Sequence record: SRR2962707_4378
DNA length: 64,000 bases
Reading direction: 5' to 3' (one strand)
This document shows positions 1-9,776 of the stretch, piece by piece (position 1 is the stretch's first letter; each line of letters starts with the position of its first letter). The notes beneath the pieces were generated by a model. That model was not told the origin of the DNA and did not search any database. It saw nothing but the letters and a program-made list of their open reading frames with translations. The position numbers and the translations under genes were made by a program.

Positions 1-38
1 CCCCCCCCTCCCCCCCCCCCCCCCCTCCTCTCTCCCAC
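1..38. repeat. Poly-C low-complexity run, probably a contig-end sequencing artefact
   Basis: Almost pure C/CT run at the first base of the window. Confidence 0.7.
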
Positions 39-195
39 GCCGGGTGACGTGAACCCTGTTATGACAATGGTGACACTCTCGTGATCATTCCGTGATGATC
101 TGGTCGGCCCATGCAGCGCACTATTTGTTCAGGCGGGAAACACATGCTGAATGGTTACCTGCCGCTCCGAACTCATAGATGAAAAGGAAACAGAT

Positions 196-480
196 ATGAA
201 CACGATGCTAAACGGTGCCCGCATTGCAGCTCTCGCCGCCGCCTTCGCGACTTCAGGATTGGCCTATGCCGCTGAACCACCTGCCGGCTCCAGCGGTGCG
301 GCGGTCTCCGGCAGCGATAAAGTGCATTGCTACGGGGTGAACTCCTGTAAGGGAACGGCCGACTGCAAAACCACCGAAAATGCCTGTAAAGGACAGAACG
401 CGTGCAAGGCCCAAGGCTTCAAGGGGATGTCAGCAAGCGACTGCCTGTCGGAAGGTGGTGTGATTGGCGATCTGGGCTGA
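196..480 (+). CDS. BufA2-type (six-Cys) bufferin-like RiPP precursor, secreted
   Basis: AAGGA SD before ATG 196; Ala-rich signal peptide; core CYGVNSCKGTADCKTTENACKGQNACKAQG...C with 6 Cys; directly upstream of DUF692. Confidence 0.85.
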   Translation: MNTMLNGARIAALAAAFATSGLAYAAEPPAGSSGAAVSGSDKVHCYGVNSCKGTADCKTTENACKGQNACKAQGFKGMSASDCLSEGGVIGDLG

Positions 481-504
481 GTAGGCCAGATCAAATGTGT
501 TTGT

Positions 505-536
505 CCGGAGGCGCGTTCCGGCGCGCCCCGGGTTTT
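505..536 (+). terminator. GC-rich hairpin after the precursor gene (partial terminator or mRNA stabiliser)
   Basis: CCGG-A-GGCGCG / CGCGCC-CCGG followed by GTTTT. Confidence 0.5.
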
Positions 537-554
537 CAACGGGAGATTTAACGG

Positions 555-1451
555 ATGATGAATCACTCTGCCAAAGCCAAACCGAATGGGCTGAAGAACA
601 GTCTTCGTGAGCCGTTCCAGGGTTTTGGGCTGGGTTTGCGCCCGCGTCATTACAACAGCTTTCTTGCCCAGCCGCAGGCGGTGGATTGGCTCGAGGTCAT
701 CTCCGAAAATTACATGGTCCAGGGCGGAAAACCGCTTGCGATGCTCGACAGGATTCGCGCCGACTACCCAATCGCGATGCATGGTGTGTCGATGTCGATT
801 GGTTCTGTATCTCCCTTAGATCATGGCTATCTGCAGCGCCTGAAAGCGCTTGCGGACCGTATCCAACCGATGTGGGTTTCTGATCACTTATGTTGGACCG
901 GTGTGCATGGCACGAACCTGCACGATCTTTTTCCCTTACCTTATACCGAAGAAGCCTTGCGACACGTTGCCGCGCGCGTTCGCGAGGTGCAGGAAACGCT
1001 TGGGCGCCGTCTGGTGCTGGAAAACGTTTCAAGCTATATCGATTACGCCAGTTCAGAGATGAGCGAATGGGCGTTTCTGACCGCCCTTGCGGAGGAAGCC
1101 GACTGCTTGCTGCTACTTGATGTAAACAACATCTACGTAAGCGGTATGAACCACGGCTTCGACCCGCGTGACTTCATCGACGGCGTGCCAGCGCACCGCA
1201 TCCAGCAGATTCATGTGGCCGGGCACTCAAACCTGGGCGACGTCATCATCGATACCCACGATGCGCCGGTACCCGACGAAGTGTTTGATCTCTACGCCTA
1301 TGCATGCCGTCGCTTCGGGCCGGTCAGCACGATGATCGAGCGTGACGATTCAATTCCGCCGCTGGAGGACCTGATCGTGGAACTCGACCGGGTGAGGGCC
1401 GTGGCGGCTCGTCACACCCCTGTATGGGATCGCGAGGAGGCATTCGCATGA
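555..1451 (+). CDS. DUF692 / MNIO (multinuclear non-heme iron oxidase), BufB-like
   Basis: [54 protein letters not shown] motifs. Confidence 0.95.
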   Translation: MMNHSAKAKPNGLKNSLREPFQGFGLGLRPRHYNSFLAQPQAVDWLEVISENYMVQGGKPLAMLDRIRADYPIAMHGVSMSIGSVSPLDHGYLQRLKALADRIQPMWVSDHLCWTGVHGTNLHDLFPLPYTEEALRHVAARVREVQETLGRRLVLENVSSYIDYASSEMSEWAFLTALAEEADCLLLLDVNNIYVSGMNHGFDPRDFIDGVPAHRIQQIHVAGHSNLGDVIIDTHDAPVPDEVFDLYAYACRRFGPVSTMIERDDSIPPLEDLIVELDRVRAVAARHTPVWDREEAFA

Positions 1452-2251
1452 CTGATTACGCCCCTCGTTCGTTAGCCGATCTGCAAGCGGGACTGCAAAA
1501 CTATGTTTTGGGCGATGGTGTTTCGGACGACATTCTTTCCGAGCTGACGGGCGGTGCTTCTGACCAGAGTAAGCGGCGCCTGCATATCTACCATTCTGGC
1601 TATCGCTCGCGGATGAACGAGGCGCTCCAGTCTGCTTTTGAGCAGACCTGGGCCTATCTCGGTGACGACGCATTCGACGCAATTTGCACTCGCTACACCG
1701 AGACGAATCCATCGCATTCGCCGAATCTGGGCGACCATGGCCGCAACTTCCCACGCTTTTTGCAGCAAGCTTTGTCTTCCGATCCGGAGATCGCCGAGCT
1801 GGCAACCATGGACTGGAGGCTCCACAGCGCATTCGATGCACCGAATGCCGCCATTCTCACCGGTGAGCAATTGGCAAATGTCGGCGAGGCGCAGTGGGCG
1901 TCGCTGGGATTCGTCTTCCACCCGTCCGTTTCGATCGCTCAGTTCGAGTGGAACGCACTGGAAATCTGGCATGCGCTGGATCAGAAACAAACACCGCCCG
2001 TCGCCGAAAAGCTGAACGAGCCAGTAGGGCACCTGTTCTGGCGTAGCGACCAGCGAAGCTACTTTCGCACACTTGAGTCGGATGAGTATGCCGCACTCAA
2101 GGGCCTGCTTGAGGGGCTTGGTTTTGCTCAAGTGTGTGAGCAACTCGCAGAAGGCTATCCGAATACCAGTATTGACGCGTCGATTGGCACCTGGCTGGCG
2201 CGTTGGCTGGCGGATGGGCTGTTGTCGGAGGTCAAGCCGGGGCCTGTTTGA
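1448..2251 (+). CDS. DUF2063 / BufC-like MNIO partner protein
   Basis: ATGA overlap with DUF692 stop; RLHIYH..Y, AL...F, PS.SPNL..HG..FP.FL, ELA.MDW motifs. Confidence 0.9.
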   Translation: MTDYAPRSLADLQAGLQNYVLGDGVSDDILSELTGGASDQSKRRLHIYHSGYRSRMNEALQSAFEQTWAYLGDDAFDAICTRYTETNPSHSPNLGDHGRNFPRFLQQALSSDPEIAELATMDWRLHSAFDAPNAAILTGEQLANVGEAQWASLGFVFHPSVSIAQFEWNALEIWHALDQKQTPPVAEKLNEPVGHLFWRSDQRSYFRTLESDEYAALKGLLEGLGFAQVCEQLAEGYPNTSIDASIGTWLARWLADGLLSEVKPGPV

Positions 2252-2309
2252 GTGACACCGTAACCCTTATCGGCGTGCTTTGGCCGACCGTAAAATTCAG
2301 GAGTCTGAC

Positions 2310-2645
2310 ATGTCCAAATCCAAAATCTCACAGTCCGAGATCACCGAAACCAACACCACCCGCACCATGACCGCTGCTGCCATGGCACTCGCCCTGGGTT
2401 CTGCGATCTCCATCGCTGCCGTTCCGGACGTTGCCCACGCGGAGGGCATGGAAAAGTGCTATGGAGTTTCGCTCGCCGGTAAGAACGACTGCGCCGCCGG
2501 GCCGGGCACTACCTGTGCGGGCACGTCCACTATCGATTATCAAGGGAATGCCTGGACGCTGGTTCCGAAAGGCACTTGCGAGGAGACCGCATCCCCGACT
2601 TCACCCACAGGCTTCGGACAACTCGAAGCCTTCGAGGAGAAGTAG
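2310..2645 (+). CDS. BufA1-type (DUF2282, four-Cys) bufferin precursor, secreted
   Basis: AGGAG SD; signal peptide ending [46 protein letters not shown] is the DUF2282 signature. Confidence 0.92.
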   Translation: MSKSKISQSEITETNTTRTMTAAAMALALGSAISIAAVPDVAHAEGMEKCYGVSLAGKNDCAAGPGTTCAGTSTIDYQGNAWTLVPKGTCEETASPTSPTGFGQLEAFEEK

Positions 2646-2647
2646 CA

Positions 2648-3487
2648 ATGCTGCCCTCACGGGCAGGCCTGGGCCTGAAACCAGAGCACTTTCGGAACAT
2701 TCTGGAATCGGGCCCAGACATTGGTTTCTTTGAGGTTCATGCCGAGAACTACATGGTTCCGGGTGGCCCTATGCACCATTATCTGGGGAAAATTCGTGAG
2801 CACTACCCGTTGTCATTGCATGGGGTAGGGCTCTCGATCGGAGCCGACGCTCCCCTGGACAAAACACATCTTGATGCGCTGGCGGTGCTGATTGACCGTT
2901 ATGCGCCGCAGGTTTTTTCTGAGCACCTGGCCTGGTCGAGTCATGGTGACTTCTTTCTCAATGATCTGTTGCCGCTGCCATACACGGCCACCACCCTGAA
3001 CCGTGTGTGTGACCACATCGATCAGGTGCAGACGCATCTGGGTTGCCGCATGTTGCTGGAGAACCCGGCGACCTATCTGGAGTTCTCGACCTCGACCCTG
3101 TCGGAGACCGACTTCATCAGCGAAGTAATACGCCGCACGGGCTGTGGCCTGCTGCTCGACGTCAACAACGCCTATGTTTCGTGCATCAACCATCACCGCG
3201 AGCCCGGGGCTTATATCCGTGCATTACCGCTTGACCGGGCGGAGCAGATTCACCTTGGTGGTTTTGCCTCCCAGGCCGATGCCAACGGCGCCCCGCTGCT
3301 TATAGACAGCCATAGCACACCCGTTGCGCAAGACGTGTGGGCACTCTATACCGAAGTACTTGAGCAAATGGGGCCGACTGCCACGCTGATCGAACGCGAT
3401 AACGACATTCCGCCATTTGACGTTTTGCTGGCCGAGGTCAATCTCGCCGACTCGTACCTTGTTGAAGCAGGAGGCCAACGTGAGTGA
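2648..3487 (+). CDS. DUF692 / MNIO, second BufB-like copy
   Basis: [55 protein letters not shown]. Confidence 0.95.
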   Translation: MLPSRAGLGLKPEHFRNILESGPDIGFFEVHAENYMVPGGPMHHYLGKIREHYPLSLHGVGLSIGADAPLDKTHLDALAVLIDRYAPQVFSEHLAWSSHGDFFLNDLLPLPYTATTLNRVCDHIDQVQTHLGCRMLLENPATYLEFSTSTLSETDFISEVIRRTGCGLLLDVNNAYVSCINHHREPGAYIRALPLDRAEQIHLGGFASQADANGAPLLIDSHSTPVAQDVWALYTEVLEQMGPTATLIERDNDIPPFDVLLAEVNLADSYLVEAGGQRE

Positions 3488-4265
3488 GCAGACAGTATTC
3501 GCCAGCGCATTGCTTGATCCGGCGCAACCCTGCCCGGACGGGTTACTGGCGTGGAACGGTTCCGATCCGAACCAGCGCTTTGCGGTGTATCGCAACAACA
3601 TCGTGGTATCACTGATTGATGCACTCGCTGCCACGTTTCCTGTGTGCCAACAACTGGTTGGCGAAGCCTTCTTCCGCGCCATGGCCAGGGTGTTTGTGGT
3701 GGCGCAACCACCGCGTTCGCAAATCCTGACCTTCTACGGGCGCGAATTTCCGGCCTTTATCGACACCTTTAGCCCGGCATCATCAGTACCCTATCTGGCC
3801 GACGTGGCCCGGCTCGAAAGACTACGACTCGACGCATTCCATTCTGCCGATGTTGAGCCGCTTGGCACGGAGGACATAACCGGAGTGCTGTCTGCTCCCC
3901 ATCGGCTACCCGGGCTTCGCATGGATATCCACTCCTCGGTGGCGGTGCTGCAATCACGGTTCGCCGTGTTTTCGCTATGGGCCGCGCACCAGCAGGCAGA
4001 CCCTGGACTGGCCCGTGTTGACCCTCTGCAACCAGAAACCGTATTGGTGCTGCGTTCCGGGCTGGAAGTCCAGTGCATTGGTATCGCAGAGGCCACCGGC
4101 GTTTTCATAGATCGACTGATACAGAAGGAAACGTTGTCGCAGGCTGAACAGGACGCCAAGGCATGCGAGCCCGGTTTTGATCTTGTTGCAGCGCTGACCC
4201 TTTTGCTGCGCTGGCAGATCATTACCTCTCTTTACCCCGGAGATGAACATGGACAACTCGACTGA
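3480..4265 (+). CDS. DUF2063 / BufC-like MNIO partner, second copy
   Basis: GTG overlapping the previous stop; [33 protein letters not shown]. Confidence 0.92.
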   Translation: MSEQTVFASALLDPAQPCPDGLLAWNGSDPNQRFAVYRNNIVVSLIDALAATFPVCQQLVGEAFFRAMARVFVVAQPPRSQILTFYGREFPAFIDTFSPASSVPYLADVARLERLRLDAFHSADVEPLGTEDITGVLSAPHRLPGLRMDIHSSVAVLQSRFAVFSLWAAHQQADPGLARVDPLQPETVLVLRSGLEVQCIGIAEATGVFIDRLIQKETLSQAEQDAKACEPGFDLVAALTLLLRWQIITSLYPGDEHGQLD

Positions 4266-4776
4266 AACCGATGCTCATACCTCAACCGCTACGGGTGTCC
4301 TGCCAGGTCTGATCAAGCAGGCAAACACTCTTTTCGGACGCATTCCGGACACCCTGATCGCTATGATCGCCCGCTTTTCGATTGCCGGCGTGTTCTGGAA
4401 GTCAGGCCAGACCAAAATTGAAGGGCTGGCCATCGACATTGTCTCCGGTGAGTTCAGCCTGGGGGTACCACGGTTGTCGGACAGCGCGCTCTTTCTGTTC
4501 AAAGAGGAGTACAGTCTGCCGTTGATCGCCCCCGAGCTGGCGGCCTTGATGGCGGCGTTCGCCGAGCATCTGTTTCCGATTCTGCTCTTGTTGGGACTGG
4601 CTACGCGTTTCTCGGCGCTGGCCCTGTTGGTGATGACACTGACCATCCAGATATTCGTCTATCCCGGTGCCTGGCCAACGCACGGGGTATGGGCGGCGGT
4701 GCTGCTTTATCTGATGGCTTACGGGCCGGGTTGGTGTTCAATGGACCACTTCATCGCGGCACGTTACCGGCGCTGA
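4243..4776 (+). CDS. DoxX family membrane protein (BufD-like)
   Basis: [45 protein letters not shown]; start may be ATG 4249. Confidence 0.92.
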   Translation: MNMDNSTETDAHTSTATGVLPGLIKQANTLFGRIPDTLIAMIARFSIAGVFWKSGQTKIEGLAIDIVSGEFSLGVPRLSDSALFLFKEEYSLPLIAPELAALMAAFAEHLFPILLLLGLATRFSALALLVMTLTIQIFVYPGAWPTHGVWAAVLLYLMAYGPGWCSMDHFIAARYRR

Positions 4777-4860
4777 AGTGCATCCAAACACTTTTTTCCT
4801 ATTTCATATATCATGGGTGTTTAGTTGTTGGATAAGCCAACAGTTAACGTGGAGAACACC

Positions 4861-5016
4861 ATGAGCAAGAAGCCCGAGAAAGTGACATTAACCTCTGCCA
4901 CCATTGAAGAGCAGACGGCAGCTTTTTTAAAGGCTGGTGGGGCCGTTGAGTACGTAGGTAAGGGTAAGAGTGGCCAAGAAACCTCAGCGGGCCCGAAGCA
5001 GATTAGCGTGAAATAG
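4861..5016 (+). CDS. Small protein, possibly with a SutA-like RNA-polymerase-binding motif
   Basis: GGAGA SD; IEEQTAAFLKAGGAVEYVGKGKSG resembles the 'FL..GG.V' SutA core. Confidence 0.6.
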   Translation: MSKKPEKVTLTSATIEEQTAAFLKAGGAVEYVGKGKSGQETSAGPKQISVK

Positions 5017-5061
5017 TCACCGGGGCAGATCTGGTTCTGAAGCGCAGGGATTAAAGCGTTA

Positions 5062-5994
5062 ATGAAAGTCGTAAACCCAGTCCTTGTATTTCTACTCTCT
5101 ATGATCTTTGCAGTCTCTGGTCATGCAAAGATTTATAAATGGGTGGATGAAGACGGGAAGATTCATTTCAGCGATCGGGAAGACCATCGCGTTGAGCAGG
5201 AAGTTGTCAACGTGAAGCCTGGCGCGTCGAAATGGTCGCGTTTTGATATCAAGATTAAAGCCGTCGATGTGGAGCTGAGTGAAGAGGAAAATCAGCAGAT
5301 TGTTGATGGTGTGAACAACGTCTACGAGTTCTTTGACCGTGTGATGTCCTTTGATATGTACAGGACGGTTCCGGTCAATATATTGATGTTCAAGGATAAG
5401 GCTGAATACCGGAATTACCTTGTTCGCAGGGACAAAGGTCTGGCGGTTGCTTCATACGGCCTGTATATACCTTCTGAACACCAGATAGTCGTCTATGTGC
5501 AGGAAAACAGAAGCCGCACCTTTGAAACGATCAAGCATGAGGTGAGCCACGCGGTTGTCGATACCATCGTTCCTTATGCGCCGCTCTGGTTGAATGAGGG
5601 GCTTGCCGAGCAGATGGAAATGCTGGAACGTGATGAATCGGGCCTGTACTTTGAACGTCATCAGGAAAACAGTTGGGTGGTTGCTCAGGCCCGTGAACAG
5701 GGCCGTTTAACGGGCATTTCACAGTTTCTGAAATTATCCAGTTATAAGTGGCGCCATTCAGAGCTGTCGGGGCATGGGAGTTTGAGGGCTCAGTCCGGTC
5801 AATTCCTGAGTTTCCTGCTCTCCAAACCGACCCGCCGCAACTTCGTGGTGCGGCTGATGCACAACTTCAACCGGGGTGACCGCACTCTCGCATACTACCT
5901 GGTGGATGATAATTACATCGGCGGAGTCAGTATGTTGGATTTGGACTGGCGGCGTTGGCTGCACGAACAGGGTAACGACATCATCCGGTTTTAA
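5062..5994 (+). CDS. Secreted DUF4124 + zinc metallopeptidase (DUF1570/MA-like) protein
   Basis: Signal peptide; IYKWVDEDGKIHFSD (DUF4124); HEVSH and WLNEGLAE gluzincin motifs. Confidence 0.82.
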   Translation: MKVVNPVLVFLLSMIFAVSGHAKIYKWVDEDGKIHFSDREDHRVEQEVVNVKPGASKWSRFDIKIKAVDVELSEEENQQIVDGVNNVYEFFDRVMSFDMYRTVPVNILMFKDKAEYRNYLVRRDKGLAVASYGLYIPSEHQIVVYVQENRSRTFETIKHEVSHAVVDTIVPYAPLWLNEGLAEQMEMLERDESGLYFERHQENSWVVAQAREQGRLTGISQFLKLSSYKWRHSELSGHGSLRAQSGQFLSFLLSKPTRRNFVVRLMHNFNRGDRTLAYYLVDDNYIGGVSMLDLDWRRWLHEQGNDIIRF

Positions 5995-6045
5995 CCGTCG
6001 GTCGTTGCTCTTCATCTTTGAAAACCCGCAATGAGAGGACTCACT

Positions 6046-6426
6046 ATGCCTCACGTTCGTTTTACCCACCTGCTCGGTTTTGCGTTTCTTGTTGCAGTTC
6101 TCGCTGCCTCTGCCGCTCATGCTCATCACGGTTGGGCCTGGGCCACGGACGAGGAATTTGAAATCACCGGTACCATTCAGTCGATGCGCCTTGGTAATCC
6201 CCATGGCGAGGTCACGATAGACGTTGATGGCGAGGCATGGGTTGTGGAAGTCGGCCAACCCTGGCGTAACGACCGTGTCGGGCTCAGTAAAGAGATTTTG
6301 AGCGTCGGCCGGGAAATGACCGTGCACGGTCACCGTTCCGCCAAAGAGGGCGAACGGTTGGTCAAGGCCGAGCGGATTGTCATCGATGGGACGAACTACG
6401 ACTTGTATCCTGGCCGTGATTCCTGA
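6046..6426 (+). CDS. DUF6152-like periplasmic protein
   Basis: Signal peptide ending AHA-HHGW; NPH motif; GAGGA SD. Confidence 0.75.
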   Translation: MPHVRFTHLLGFAFLVAVLAASAAHAHHGWAWATDEEFEITGTIQSMRLGNPHGEVTIDVDGEAWVVEVGQPWRNDRVGLSKEILSVGREMTVHGHRSAKEGERLVKAERIVIDGTNYDLYPGRDS

Positions 6427-6434
6427 GCCTGGAA

Positions 6435-6920
6435 ATGATTGAGCCGGCGCTGGTCTTTGTTGAAAACCTGGCCTTTGTATCGGCGCTGCGCAATTCCACC
6501 CTCGCATACCCGCTGATCAACGCCGGGCATATTCTTGGTGTTGCCCTGCTGATTGGTGGAATTGTGCCGCTGGATCTGCGTTTGCTGGGGCTCTGGCGCC
6601 GCTACCCTGTGATGGTGTTTGTCGATGTGCTTCGAGTCACCTCCGCGTTTGGTTTGGGGTTAGCGGTGGTCTGTGGCTCGCTTCTATTTGCCACAGCGGC
6701 GGTGGACTACGCCGGGTCGATGTTGTTCCGGGTCAAGATGGTGGTTGTCCTGTTGGGATTGTCGAACGCGTTGCTACTTGCTCGGGTGTTAAAGCGCCGG
6801 GATATACGGAGCCTCCCAATGAGTGCTTCCATGCCTTTGCCCTTGAGGGCAGGTGCCTTGATGTCTCTGGTGTTCTGGATGAGTGCGCTGACTCTTGGCA
6901 GGCTATTGGGCTACTTCTGA
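6435..6920 (+). CDS. Four-helix membrane protein (DUF6644/DUF2214-like), partner of DUF6152
   Basis: YP.I...HILG, DLRLLG, F..KM, GRLLGY. Confidence 0.75.
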   Translation: MIEPALVFVENLAFVSALRNSTLAYPLINAGHILGVALLIGGIVPLDLRLLGLWRRYPVMVFVDVLRVTSAFGLGLAVVCGSLLFATAAVDYAGSMLFRVKMVVVLLGLSNALLLARVLKRRDIRSLPMSASMPLPLRAGALMSLVFWMSALTLGRLLGYF

Positions 6921-6925
6921 GCAGG

Positions 6926-6954
6926 CGGGTAGCGACAGGAGTTGCCGCTACCCG
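6926..6954. terminator. Hairpin between convergent genes
   Basis: CGGGTAGCG / CGCTACCCG 9-bp stem. Confidence 0.6.
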
Positions 6955-6966
6955 GTGTTTCGAAGG

Positions 6967-7374
6967 CTAGCTGAATGCAGGTTCAAGAGGTTTACTGCCA
7001 GCAACCCGTTTCATCCACGCCATGTCCAGTGGAACAAGAATGTTCACTGCGAACAGCACCCAGCCCAACGCCTGCAGGCTCTCCGCAAACCACAGCATCA
7101 GGGCGAAAGACAGCAGGGCCCAGCTGACATCCACAACCATCATCAGGTTGAAGTATTTCTCCAGCCACCGTGCGTTCATGGCCATAGCAGCCATATCCAC
7201 GCACCAGAGCAACATCACTATGCCCACCACCAGATAGAAGGTTGCGCCGGGCCCTCCCGCTAACTGGGCGATCGGCTCTGCGGCCAGGATCAGTGCCAAT
7301 GCCAGTGGCGTGGAGAGGAAAACATCGCTCAGGACGATCTGTTTTACGCTGAATTGACGGACGAAGTTTTTCAT
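6967..7374 (-). CDS. Hypothetical four-TM membrane protein
   Basis: GAGG SD; hydrophobic helices; divergent from the XRE regulator. Confidence 0.7.
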   Translation of the reverse strand: MKNFVRQFSVKQIVLSDVFLSTPLALALILAAEPIAQLAGGPGATFYLVVGIVMLLWCVDMAAMAMNARWLEKYFNLMMVVDVSWALLSFALMLWFAESLQALGWVLFAVNILVPLDMAWMKRVAGSKPLEPAFS

Positions 7375-7425
7375 AGGATCACCTCAATCGGGTTTCACAA
7401 TGTGTTGGACTACGCTACAAAGCAT

Positions 7426-7464
7426 CTACCTGGGCGGTGATGGGCACAATTACCTGTGAGGTAA
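7426..7464. promoter_or_regulatory. Pair of palindromic operators for the XRE regulator
   Basis: TTACCT-GTG-AGGTAA (7450-7464) and degenerate CTACCT-GGG-CGGTGA (7426-7440). Confidence 0.6.
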
Positions 7465-7525
7465 TGGTGCAGCACACCCTTGAGGAAGATAATCGCTGAA
7501 CACTCGAATATTCACAGGAACTACC

Positions 7526-8308
7526 ATGAGCGCCTTCGGTACGCTTTTTAGAGAAATGCGGCAGGGTAAACGGTTGAGCCAGATGGATTTCGCCCTGGAA
7601 TGCGAAGTATCGGCGAAGCACATCAGCTTTCTGGAAACGGGCCGAAGCCAGCCCAGTAAGGGCATGGTTCTGCATTTGGCGCAGATGCTTCAGACGGATC
7701 TGGCGGCGACCAACCGCCTGCTGTCTGCGGCGGGTTACAGCCAGGTTTACAGCGATCAGGATTTGAACGCGCCAGGCATGGCAATGATCAAAGAAGCGCT
7801 TGATCACCTCTTGCAGGCGCACCTGCCGTACCCGGCGGTTGTCTTTGATCACGAGTACTATCTGGTGATGGCTAACACGGCCATGCAGGCGATGATGGTA
7901 AGAATGGTGGAACTGGGTGCTCACTTTCCCGCAAGGCCGAACTTTCTGCTATCGCTGTTGGACAACGAGGGCATGAAACCCTTTGTGGGAGATTGGGGAA
8001 ACATCGCATGCCACATGCTGCAGCGGGTCTACCATGAGCATCTAGCCGGCCCCTTCCGGGACCAGCCCAACCGATTGCTGGAGCATGCCTTGACTCTGCC
8101 CGGTGTTCCACAGAACTGGAAAAGCCACGTGGTGGAACATCTCGACTACCCGGCGATTCCTTTTACCCTGAACCTGGGAGATCAGCAGCTTAGAATCTTT
8201 TCGACCATTGCAACGATAGGCACGCCTTTGGATGTCACCGCACAGAACTTGCGGATCGAGCATTTTTTCCCAATGGATGAGCGTAGCAAGGCTTTCTGGC
8301 AAAGCTGA
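7526..8308 (+). CDS. XRE-family HTH regulator with MmyB-like ligand-binding domain
   Basis: LSQMDFA...VSAKHISFLETGRSQPS HTH; PYPAVVFD; FSTIATIGTPLDVTAQNLRIE.FFP.D. Confidence 0.9.
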   Translation: MSAFGTLFREMRQGKRLSQMDFALECEVSAKHISFLETGRSQPSKGMVLHLAQMLQTDLAATNRLLSAAGYSQVYSDQDLNAPGMAMIKEALDHLLQAHLPYPAVVFDHEYYLVMANTAMQAMMVRMVELGAHFPARPNFLLSLLDNEGMKPFVGDWGNIACHMLQRVYHEHLAGPFRDQPNRLLEHALTLPGVPQNWKSHVVEHLDYPAIPFTLNLGDQQLRIFSTIATIGTPLDVTAQNLRIEHFFPMDERSKAFWQS

Positions 8309-8486
8309 AGCGGGCTGCTGCCGGGGAAAAGACTTCCGGGCCGGCGAGGTAGATGCGTTTGGGTCGTGTCATGGGGAATCAACTGGTCATCAAAGGCCGA
8401 AAGATACGTGTTTCCTGTTTTATCCTACTGCACCGTCTTTCCAGTGGCATAATTCAGCCTGTTAATAATAACCACGGAGCGACGGC

Positions 8487-8936
8487 ATGTCTCTGGCTGA
8501 AAAAATCTGCCTTTCAGCGGCTTTCCTGTTTTTTATGACAGGCCTGCTTACCGGCATTTGGAAATACCGGCATATGGCGCGGAGTGAGGACGCTACCTCG
8601 CCGGTATATGTGGATATCGCTCACCGCAGTTCGCTGCTCTACAGCTTTGCGGCGCTGCTGCTGGCGGTGTTCAGCGCTCATAGTGTGCTGGCTGATTGGG
8701 TTAACACGACTGCCGCCGTGGCTGCACTGATGTTCTTCGCTTTTGCAATTGGTACCTATGTGATTCACGGCCTGCTTCAGGATACAGACAACCAATTGCG
8801 CCGGCCCCACCGCCTGGGTAAGCGGCAGTTGCCGTCCTGGGTGACCGGGTTCTTCATGCTGTTGCTGATCGTCGGGGAAGTCGGCGGGGCGCTCGTTCTG
8901 GGTGCAGGCGCAATGCTGGGAATCTGGCAGGGTTAA
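8487..8936 (+). CDS. Conserved hypothetical membrane protein
   Basis: GGAG SD; TGIWKY, YVDIAHR.SLLYSFA, HG...DTDNQ; four TM segments. Confidence 0.75.
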   Translation: MSLAEKICLSAAFLFFMTGLLTGIWKYRHMARSEDATSPVYVDIAHRSSLLYSFAALLLAVFSAHSVLADWVNTTAAVAALMFFAFAIGTYVIHGLLQDTDNQLRRPHRLGKRQLPSWVTGFFMLLLIVGEVGGALVLGAGAMLGIWQG

Positions 8937-8979
8937 GTAGGAGATATTCACTGCACCGCCTTGCGAACGTTCGGACTCG

Positions 8980-9762
8980 TTAAGCTCCAACGCACTCGAT
9001 GATTTCAAGCGACGCAGGCAGGCCTATCTGTTTTCCGGCACTAATGAAGTCGGTGTAGAAGCGATCCACATACTTGAATGAGGCGACTTTACAATGAGAG
9101 CTTTGGGTCCATTTGCTATGGTTGGCCACCAGCAAGCGTGAGCGGGTGTTGGAAATGATGGCCCGGCTGACTTCGGCCTCGCGGATATCAAAATCCATCA
9201 GGCCATGCTGTGGGTCCATGCTACCGGTGCTGATGATGCCAAAGTCGGTGATGAAGGAGCTGAAAAATCCGGTCACTTCCGGCCCGACCACATCATGGTG
9301 GTTGTGCCGGTATTGCCCACCGGAAACGATGACTTCGATGCCGGAATTGCCGGAAAGCGCAGAGGCCACACTGAGATTGTTGGTCAGGATGCGCAGTGAC
9401 TGATGATGAATCAGCGCTTTCGCCACCAGTTCGATGGTGCTGCCGACTCCCAGGCTGACGGTGGCGCCTTCAGGAATATCCATTGCAACCCGCTGAGCCA
9501 TCTGCTGCTTGGTGGCATGATGATGGATCCGCGCGTTTTCAACGGGAGAAACCGTGGCACTGGCCGGTAGGCTGACGCCGCCATAACGGCGACGTAGCAC
9601 ACCCTGTTCGCACAGTTTGTTGATGTCTCGGCGAACGGTTTGGGTGGTGACTCCAAAGCGTTGGGCAATGTCTTCAACCTCGACATGCTTCTGCTCGTTC
9701 ACCCAATCCAGAATGCTTTTTTGCCGATCTTTGGCGCCCATCAGATTAGATACTCGGTCCAT
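8980..9762 (-). CDS. DeoR/GlpR family transcriptional repressor
   Basis: RQ..IL, FGVTTQTVRRD, RRYGG HTH; DeoR C-terminal sensor; alternative GTG start at 9780 overlapping the HAD stop. Confidence 0.92.
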   Translation of the reverse strand: MDRVSNLMGAKDRQKSILDWVNEQKHVEVEDIAQRFGVTTQTVRRDINKLCEQGVLRRRYGGVSLPASATVSPVENARIHHHATKQQMAQRVAMDIPEGATVSLGVGSTIELVAKALIHHQSLRILTNNLSVASALSGNSGIEVIVSGGQYRHNHHDVVGPEVTGFFSSFITDFGIISTGSMDPQHGLMDFDIREAEVSRAIISNTRSRLLVANHSKWTQSSHCKVASFKYVDRFYTDFISAGKQIGLPASLEIIECVGA

Positions 9763-9776
9763 TACCCCTGGCTTGA

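Noticed and set aside
1-38. Poly-C tract as a biological repeat or G-quadruplex
   Set aside because: Located at the extreme sequence end; typical of a sequencing or assembly artefact
2260-2292. GTAACC as an ECF16/SigF-type promoter for bufA1
   Set aside because: The -35-like hexamer is present but there is no CGAA/CGTA at about 16-bp spacing (nearest candidates at 19 and 23 bp)
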